From positions 25,278 to 89,277 of the forward strand of contig JAGXNO010000001.1 in NCBI GenBank assembly GCA_019894975.1: a stretch of 64,000 nt of DNA, read 5' to 3'. The stretch comes from Promethearchaeota archaeon (GTDB lineage Archaea > Asgardarchaeota > Lokiarchaeia > Sigyniarchaeales > SOKP01). Below the pieces are notes generated by a model. The model saw only the letters and a program-made list of their open reading frames with translations. It was not told the DNA's origin and did no database searches. Shown here piece by piece: positions 57,635 through 64,000 of this stretch; positions within the stretch are counted from its first letter, which is position 1; each line of letters opens with the position of its first letter. The translations under genes were made by a program, and so were the position numbers.

Positions 57635-57651
57635 AATCTAAAATTTAGATT
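57635..57651. promoter_or_regulatory. Palindrome AATCTAAA-A-TTTAGATT upstream of the 57696 ORF (candidate operator)
   Basis: The arms are 8 bp with a 1-nt spacer. The half-site TAATCTA also occurs at 57614-57620. Confidence 0.35.
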
Positions 57652-57695
57652 TACTTGACATAATTTAATTTTAGTGAAGAAAATTTTTTGAAAAC

Positions 57696-57953
57696 GTGAA
57701 ATTTATGGCAAAACCAGTACCAGATACCGAAGAGTCAATGAATGAATGCAGAAAATTCTGTGGTCCTTGTCCTTCTTTCAAACCAAACCAACTCAATGAA
57801 TTTGAACCTCATGCTCTATTCTGTTCAAGAGGAATATCACAAAAACCAAAAGACCAAATAGAAAACAAAGGATGCAGTTGTTTTGGATGTGGATTGTTCT
57901 CAAAGTATGAATTGGAAAAGGGATTTTTCTGTGCACCTCATTTTCAACAATAA
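57696..57953 (+). CDS. Small Cys-rich protein (DUF2769-like)
   Basis: 85 aa containing ..CRKFCGPCPSF...CSRG...GCSCFGCGLF..FC... Confidence 0.4.
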   Translation: MKFMAKPVPDTEESMNECRKFCGPCPSFKPNQLNEFEPHALFCSRGISQKPKDQIENKGCSCFGCGLFSKYELEKGFFCAPHFQQ

Positions 57954-58055
57954 AAAATTACTACTTCATATAATCTCTTTTTTTTTAATTTTCCTATGAA
58001 ATTTTTATTAAATATTACAGTGAATATTTTAAATGTACAAGTATATCACAATATA

Positions 58056-58124
58056 ATGAGAATTAATTTTTCGAATAAGGTAAGAGTTCTTACCTCTTGT
58101 TGCTGTAGTACTTGTTGTTGTTAA
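58056..58124 (+). promoter_or_regulatory. Poly-Cys upstream ORF (22 codons), candidate leader peptide for the cysteine synthase gene
   Basis: ATG AGA ATT AAT TTT TCG AAT AAG GTA AGA GTT CTT ACC TCT TGT TGC TGT AGT ACT TGT TGT TGT TAA translates to MRINFSNKVRVLTSCCCSTCCC. A TATA-like TTTTAAAT lies about 25 nt upstream of the ATG. Confidence 0.6.
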
Positions 58125-58223
58125 ACAACAGTTTCATTAATTCTCAAATAACCATCAGAAATCTTTCTTTTATAAAACTCTCGTTGGTTAAAATTGTAGA
58201 ATTTTAATTGTGAAATCTAAAAT

Positions 58224-59225
58224 TTGGGTGATAGAATGAAGTCATTATCGTATAGTAGGGAAAAAGGAAAAATTGAATTTAATAATAAATTAAGAGTGTA
58301 TGAAAGTATTGAAGATTTAATTTCAAATAGAGAAAATCCTTCACCATTGGTTAAACTAAATGAAAGAATTAATCCAAATAAGAATTTTCCGATTTATATG
58401 AAATTAGAGCGCTACAATCCTTTTGGATCAATAAAAGATAGAGTTGCTTATTCAATGCTTAAAGATGTAGTATTTAAGGAGGGGCAACGGATCATAGAAC
58501 CGTCATCTGGGAATACTGGAATCGCTTTAGCATCATTAGCAAATGCGAGGGGTATTCCTATTGAAATAGCTGTACCGAGTAGAATTCCCGAAGAAAAAAA
58601 GATACTTTTAAAATTACTCGGTGTGAAAGAATTATGGGAAGCTGATGATAATCTATGTCCTAAGTTTCCTAATGAAGGGGCGAGAGGTGTTGTAAATGGA
58701 ATATTGGAGAGTAAGGGTGGAGAACGGTATTTTAATCCAGATCAATATGGAAATGACTTGAATGTAGAGGCTCATTATAGAACCACAGGTCCAGAAATTT
58801 GGGATCAAACTAATGGGGAAATTGATTATTTTTTTGCAGCTATGGGTACATGTGGCACTATTACAGGAGTTGGAAAATTCTTAAAAGAAAATAAACCCTC
58901 GGTTAAAATAATAGGAGTAGAACCTTCAGAAACATTACATAATATACCAGGCTTGAAAAGAATAACTGACCTTGATGAAGATTTGATTCCAAAAATCTTA
59001 GATAAAACTGTAATTGATGAAATTATTGAAGTAAACGATAAAGAAGCTTATAGAACCGGTATTGACTTAGCAAGAAAAAATGGCATATTAGTTGGGCCTT
59101 CTACCGGTGCAATTTTAGCCGCTGCTTTAAAGTATGCAAAATCACATGAAGGGATAGCAGTTATTATTGCCCCCGATGATGCTACTAAATATATTAGTTC
59201 ATATGCGCCCTATATTAAAGAATAG
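58224..59225 (+). CDS. Cysteine synthase family PLP enzyme (CysK/CysM-like)
   Basis: 333 aa with the PLP-lysine motif NPFGSIKDR plus SSGNTGIALA and GTCGTITG. The ATG at 58236 is the more likely start. Confidence 0.85.
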   Translation: MGDRMKSLSYSREKGKIEFNNKLRVYESIEDLISNRENPSPLVKLNERINPNKNFPIYMKLERYNPFGSIKDRVAYSMLKDVVFKEGQRIIEPSSGNTGIALASLANARGIPIEIAVPSRIPEEKKILLKLLGVKELWEADDNLCPKFPNEGARGVVNGILESKGGERYFNPDQYGNDLNVEAHYRTTGPEIWDQTNGEIDYFFAAMGTCGTITGVGKFLKENKPSVKIIGVEPSETLHNIPGLKRITDLDEDLIPKILDKTVIDEIIEVNDKEAYRTGIDLARKNGILVGPSTGAILAAALKYAKSHEGIAVIIAPDDATKYISSYAPYIKE

Positions 59226-59489
59226 TTTTCTAATAAAATTTCATTGTAAATTAGAAAATACCTTTTCTCTAAGATTTTTATTTAAAATTGATAGATAATA
59301 GCTTAAAAAGGAGATATATAGAGGAAAGCAAAATAAGTAATATTTTTTAGAGTTTAAGAAATAAAACCCTATTTTATAAATTTTGTGGTCTTTGTCGGAT
59401 ATCTGTTTACCCTCTAATATAATCAACGCTAAATATATATGTATAAAAGGTCTTTAAAATAGTGTTCAAAAAATCAATAGTAAGTTAGG

Positions 59490-60761
59490 TTGAAATTTCG
59501 CATGAAAGATTTAAACGATATCCCGGAGTTTTCAAACTATTTCCGAGTGATTTCACCATCAGATGTAGAGGTTAACAAAGGTGATATATTTTATCGAGAT
59601 AAATATAATGATATAATTAATTACATTAAAGCTATGTCCACCTTCAATAGTGATAATCCCTTAAATGAGTATATTTCGCCTAAAGGAACTATTTTAATTA
59701 ATGTTAATCCCGGAACTGATATATCTGAGTTTCTAAAATTAATATCGATGAATTATTCTTTAGATTTAATTGAATTTAATGATACTGAAATTAAAAAAAC
59801 CCCAGATAAGTTTTTAAAAAGTTTTCTTCAAATTTTAAAATCAATTAGAGATGCTGTTGCTGTAGAAGCAGAAGAAAAATCTGAAGAAGATACTAATAAT
59901 AACTTAGATGATTCTGACACTCCCCTTGAGAAGAAATTGTTAATAATTAATCAACACTCAATTTTTAGGACGATATTAAGTGAGAATAATTTACTTGAAG
60001 TTTTTGTTACCTCAGAAAAGGAGGTTTATTCCAATTTTCTTCACTCTAATATAATTTTAATATGGATTAATTATGATCTCCGAGATGTAATAGAAATCTC
60101 TTCGAAAGTCTATGAAGTTTTTGATATCTTTATTAAAATCAGCTTATTGAATAAAATTGAAAGAGAGACGATACTTAGAGATTTTTTAGAGAAGAACTCT
60201 AAAATAGTATTTGATGTGGATGCATTAGTAAATTATACAGATAATTGGGAAGTTAAAGACATAAAACAATTGTTAAAGGTTGGAATTTTTAAGCACTTTC
60301 TAAATTCAGAATTAAATGAGACTAGTAATGAAATAACACACATTTTACTCGATCTAATTGAAACAGGAGAATTTTTACCTTCTATTAATTCTAAGAATTC
60401 AAACGATACCCAAAATGGTGAAGAAGGTGAAGAAAGTAAACATATCCAATATATAACTAAAATTGAAGAGGAGAATTCTAGAAAAGCTAACAATATAGAT
60501 GACTATATAAATTCTATACGAGATTCACGTCCATCAGAATTCATGATAAATCAATTATATGAAAATGCTGCCTTTTCAAATTACAATGAACTATTACTCA
60601 TAATTGATAAAATTGATAAGAAGGAACCGTTAGAAGAAAACGACCGGAAAATATTAGCAGAGTATCCTTTTATTTTAACTGAGACGCCTAAAAGGGCTCA
60701 AATTAAATTGGAAAAGGCTAAAAAGAGAGTTGATCGTATAAGGCAAGCTTTTGGTAAATAA
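59490..60761 (+). CDS. Hypothetical protein with a degenerate AAA+-like core
   Basis: 423 aa. The stretch PKGTILINVNPGTDISEFLKLIS sits where AAA proteins have PKGILLYGPPGTGKT. The position expected for Walker B reads LLIINQHS, so the catalytic residues are missing. Confidence 0.35.
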   Translation: MKFRMKDLNDIPEFSNYFRVISPSDVEVNKGDIFYRDKYNDIINYIKAMSTFNSDNPLNEYISPKGTILINVNPGTDISEFLKLISMNYSLDLIEFNDTEIKKTPDKFLKSFLQILKSIRDAVAVEAEEKSEEDTNNNLDDSDTPLEKKLLIINQHSIFRTILSENNLLEVFVTSEKEVYSNFLHSNIILIWINYDLRDVIEISSKVYEVFDIFIKISLLNKIERETILRDFLEKNSKIVFDVDALVNYTDNWEVKDIKQLLKVGIFKHFLNSELNETSNEITHILLDLIETGEFLPSINSKNSNDTQNGEEGEESKHIQYITKIEEENSRKANNIDDYINSIRDSRPSEFMINQLYENAAFSNYNELLLIIDKIDKKEPLEENDRKILAEYPFILTETPKRAQIKLEKAKKRVDRIRQAFGK

Positions 60762-60784
60762 ATGATAATAAGATGATATAAAAA

Positions 60785-63700
60785 GTGGCTTCCCAAATCC
60801 AACTAAAGAATAAAGAAACTGTAGGTCAAAAAAATAGGAAAGTATTTGTTAAGAAAGTCATTTTAGAGAATTTCTTATCATTCCAAAAAGATGAAGTTGA
60901 TTTTGGGGAAGCTAAGTTTGTCATTATTGTAGGTCCAAATTGGAGTGGAAAAACATCGATTTTTCAAGCTATTAAATTTGCTTTAGGAAGTAATGAAAGA
61001 GACGATCGTTATACTAAATGGTCTAACTTTATAAGAAATGGTCAAAATCATGCCATGGTTGAAATTCATATTCAAAAAGAGGAGGACTTAATACAGCTTC
61101 GGAGATATGTTGTGAGAGGGCAATCCCCATATTTTCAAATAAAAGAGAAGAATGAAAAAGAATTTCATAAAGTTCAGGCTCACGATATTCAGAATATAAT
61201 TAGTGAAATAAATATCAATCCCGATAATCAATTTGCTTTTGTAAGTCAAGGAAAGATTGATGCTATTAAAAACTTAAAACCTTCAGATTTATGTTCTTTC
61301 CTTGAAGATGGTATTGGCTTAAAACCCCTTCGAGATGAGATTTTCCTCCAAAAAAGAAATGTATTTACTTTAGATAATGATCTCAAATCGATGAAGGCTA
61401 GAAAAAACACTTTGAACTTTTCATTGGAACTTTTAACACCAAAATTGAATCGTTTGGAACAGAAAAACAAGTTGTTGATTGTTAGAGAAAAATATAATGA
61501 TGAGCTGTTATGGGCAAATAAAGATAAACTGGAAAAGGAAATAAAAAAAATTGAAGAAGTTATTGATAACCTCAAATTAGTCATAGATGGGATTAAAAAA
61601 CGAAAGGAAAAACATGATGCCGAAATCAAGGAATTAATTAGCAAAATTTCTGTTGAGGAAGAGAATATAATTGAACTAACTAAAACAATCGGTGAACTCT
61701 CTTTTGAGAAAACTGATTTAATAGGGAAAATTCAAAACTGGCAAAAAGAAAAGATAAAGGCGAAGCAAGAATTAGATCATCTTTCCAATAAAGTAAGAGA
61801 AATTGAAAAAATTATTACTAATTATACAAAACAAGCAGAAAGTCTAGAAAATGAATTAAAAATTGTTAAAATTGAGAAAAAAAAAATAGATACAAAAATT
61901 GAGGGTTTAATAAAAGAACAGGAGCAGTTAGTTAAGAAAATCAAGCAAAATAAAATGGTATTAGCAGAATATAATAAAATTAATGAGGATAAAAAAATAA
62001 AGAAATCAAAAATTCAAGACAATCAAAAGTTAATATTTTCTATTAACGATGAAATCAACCAATTATTTCAAAGTTTTAAGGATATAGAACATAAGTTAGA
62101 AAGCAATAAATGGTTTCTAGATAATCCCTCAAAAAGCTTACTACAGGAACTTGAAAAAGATCTAAGAAGCGTTTCTTTAAAAATTTATGATATTGAGGCT
62201 GAAATAAAAAAATTAGAATTTGAAAAGTCAAAAAGAATAAAGAAATTACAAATGTTACAGACTTCCTTAAGAGAACGGCGAGTTATCCTTCCTTCAAATA
62301 TATCTATTCTTAAGGAAGAAATTGATAGAAGAGATTTGAAAGTTAAAGGACCCTTGATTGAATATTTGAAATACGATGATGAGTTAAGCTACGCGATTGA
62401 GTCTGTATTAGGTGAGAAATTGTTATATAGTTTTGTAGCAGAGGATTGGGATACACTAACTCTATTAAAAAGATTAAAACAGAAATATAATGCCTACTGT
62501 AATATATATCTTCCAAAAAAAAGAGATATTGAACGATTACTGCCAATTTCTGCAGATGGCATTCTAGGTTATCTAGCTCAACTAGTTAAGGTTGTTGGCG
62601 ACGATAAAGATATTAAAAAAGTAATTTACTCCAAGGTAAAAAACTGCTTAGTGGTAAAAGATTACCATTCAGGAAGAGAAATTTATAATAAAATTGGTTT
62701 CAAGGGCAAATGTGTTACCTTAGCAGGAGAACAAATTATATCATATAAATATGTGTATGAAACACCTTATGTGAAAAAACTAAAGGGATTGCTAAGCGCA
62801 GCAACACAAAAGGAGCAGTCTAGTTTATTAGAATCAGAAATCAAGTCAATAAATGAATCGATTTCTCAATTAAGGATTGAACAGTCTAAATTGGATAACA
62901 TTCAAAAAGAAAATTTCAAAAAGAAAGAAACTTTCAATGATCTTTTATATAATTTCAACCAAAAACAGCGGATCACGACTAAAAAGAATCAATTATATGA
63001 ACAAATGCACGGTTTGGAGAAACTAAATTCAGAATTTGAAGGAGATCTAAAAGAATTAGATTTGAAAATCAATGAGTTGAAATCTCAAACTGATCCTGAT
63101 TTTTTTAAATGGTCTGACAGAATTAACGAGATTCCAAGTGAATTAACTTCTTTTAATGAGGAAAAGAAAAAATGGGATCTAAAATTAGATGAAAATTCAG
63201 GGATACTAAAGGAAGTAAAAGAGGAATTAACTAATCAAAAAATTGAAATAAAGGTTCAAAAATTAGAATATGAAAAAAAGAAAGAAAATTTTCAAAAAGC
63301 AGATAAAACTGCTTTTGAAATTTATCGACGATTAGAAAATGTTGAAGATAAACTTGAGAAAATTGAGAAAGAAATTACTGACTTGAAAGAATCTAAACTA
63401 CAATATCAAAATAGGAAGAATGAAATTGATAAAAAAAGTATAGAAATAACTCTGAATTTGGAACATGAAAATGTCAAATTAAACACATTTAATCAAGAAT
63501 TTGAACTGAAAAAAAGCGATTTTGAACGGATTAATTCTGAAATAAGTCCCTTAGTTTCTGAACAGCTTATGGTAATTCGTCCAATAGAAGATATAAATGA
63601 GGACTTGTCAAAAATCAACAAACAATTACTCCAATATCTCGATGTTGATGATTCGCTTTTAGTTGAAAAAGATCAAATAATAGCCTCCCTAAAGGAAATT

Positions 63701-64000
63701 AATAGAAGGCAAAAAGATTTAGAATACGATATAAAAGCAGCAATTAAAACTGAGGGTAAGCTAGAAAAAACGTATTATGACAAATTTAGTGTAGTACTTG
63801 ATGAGATTCAATCCAAAGTAAACAAAAAGTTTGAAGATTCTCAAATCAAGTCATTTTGCTCTCTTGCTCTAAAAGGAAAATTTGAAGATCTAGGGATTGA
63901 TATAAGAGCAGCAACTTCTAAGGAACAGTTAAAATCATTCACTGCACTTAGTGGAGGACAAGTATCTCTTATCTCAATATGTCTGATTTTGTCCTTACAA
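60785..64000 (+). CDS. SMC-like ATPase (SMC5/6-like head, long coiled coils, hinge); partial, continuing beyond the window end
   Basis: This ORF is not in the ORF track because its 3' end is open. It starts at GTG 60785. It has Walker A GPNWSGKTS, ..FAFVSQGKIDAIKNLKPSDL.., about 1000 aa of K/E/L coiled coil, a hinge-like segment (KGPLIEYLKYDDELSYAIESVLGEKLL..) near 62340-62700, and the signature LSGGQ at 63947-63961. Confidence 0.8.
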   Translation, partial: MASQIQLKNKETVGQKNRKVFVKKVILENFLSFQKDEVDFGEAKFVIIVGPNWSGKTSIFQAIKFALGSNERDDRYTKWSNFIRNGQNHAMVEIHIQKEEDLIQLRRYVVRGQSPYFQIKEKNEKEFHKVQAHDIQNIISEININPDNQFAFVSQGKIDAIKNLKPSDLCSFLEDGIGLKPLRDEIFLQKRNVFTLDNDLKSMKARKNTLNFSLELLTPKLNRLEQKNKLLIVREKYNDELLWANKDKLEKEIKKIEEVIDNLKLVIDGIKKRKEKHDAEIKELISKISVEEENIIELTKTIGELSFEKTDLIGKIQNWQKEKIKAKQELDHLSNKVREIEKIITNYTKQAESLENELKIVKIEKKKIDTKIEGLIKEQEQLVKKIKQNKMVLAEYNKINEDKKIKKSKIQDNQKLIFSINDEINQLFQSFKDIEHKLESNKWFLDNPSKSLLQELEKDLRSVSLKIYDIEAEIKKLEFEKSKRIKKLQMLQTSLRERRVILPSNISILKEEIDRRDLKVKGPLIEYLKYDDELSYAIESVLGEKLLYSFVAEDWDTLTLLKRLKQKYNAYCNIYLPKKRDIERLLPISADGILGYLAQLVKVVGDDKDIKKVIYSKVKNCLVVKDYHSGREIYNKIGFKGKCVTLAGEQIISYKYVYETPYVKKLKGLLSAATQKEQSSLLESEIKSINESISQLRIEQSKLDNIQKENFKKKETFNDLLYNFNQKQRITTKKNQLYEQMHGLEKLNSEFEGDLKELDLKINELKSQTDPDFFKWSDRINEIPSELTSFNEEKKKWDLKLDENSGILKEVKEELTNQKIEIKVQKLEYEKKKENFQKADKTAFEIYRRLENVEDKLEKIEKEITDLKESKLQYQNRKNEIDKKSIEITLNLEHENVKLNTFNQEFELKKSDFERINSEISPLVSEQLMVIRPIEDINEDLSKINKQLLQYLDVDDSLLVEKDQIIASLKEINRRQKDLEYDIKAAIKTEGKLEKTYYDKFSVVLDEIQSKVNKKFEDSQIKSFCSLALKGKFEDLGIDIRAATSKEQLKSFTALSGGQVSLISICLILSLQ

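Noticed and set aside
1-64000. I looked for CRISPR arrays, cas genes, transposases, integrases, prophage blocks and toxin-antitoxin pairs.
   Set aside because: I saw no regularly spaced repeats, no recognisable cas, transposase or integrase motifs, and no att-like duplication of tRNA 3' ends. The only long repeats are the alkD-fragment duplication and the 32-bp pair near tRNA-Asp.

Overview
The window is strongly AT-rich and densely coded, and its gene content is archaeal. Evidence: TFB, Gar1, ArcS plus RaSEA, archaeal DnaG, the conserved S19e / PDCD5-like / L39e / L31e / eIF6 / LX / prefoldin-alpha / FtsY / SecE block, RNase P Rpp21 and Nep1. Eukaryote-like extras are also present: a Get3-type ArsA, an SCP2 domain protein, Roadblock/longin-like proteins, an SMC5/6-like ATPase and multi-intron tRNAs. 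By inference only, this fits an Asgard-type (Lokiarchaeia-like) genome. Layout: 1-15 kb holds housekeeping and translation genes. 15-27 kb holds metabolic and accessory genes plus a large surface protein. 27-34 kb is a sensory cluster. 35-45 kb is redox, ABC transport and polyamine genes. 45-51.5 kb is a tandem-UvrA cluster. 55-59 kb is an arsenic and cysteine island. From 59.5 kb there is a degenerate AAA-like gene and a partial SMC-like gene. I saw no CRISPR array, rRNA, transposase or integrase. The most interesting observations are listed here. (1) A 37-nt insert splits dnaG inside its most conserved motif, sits between two AAA bulges of a bulge-helix-bulge-like fold, and its removal exactly restores ...AIFGQTEGLL.... 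(2) A 22-codon upstream ORF ends in CCCSTCCC directly ahead of cysteine synthase, which makes it a candidate cysteine-sensing leader peptide. (3) tRNA-Asp and tRNA-Phe each carry two introns, three of them at non-canonical positions. (4) A 1629-aa head-to-tail double UvrA is translationally coupled to a prenyltransferase-like toroid protein, with no uvrB or uvrC nearby. (5) A BpsA-like aminopropyltransferase is fused to an AdoMetDC domain. All functional calls come from reading motifs by eye; no database search was possible.
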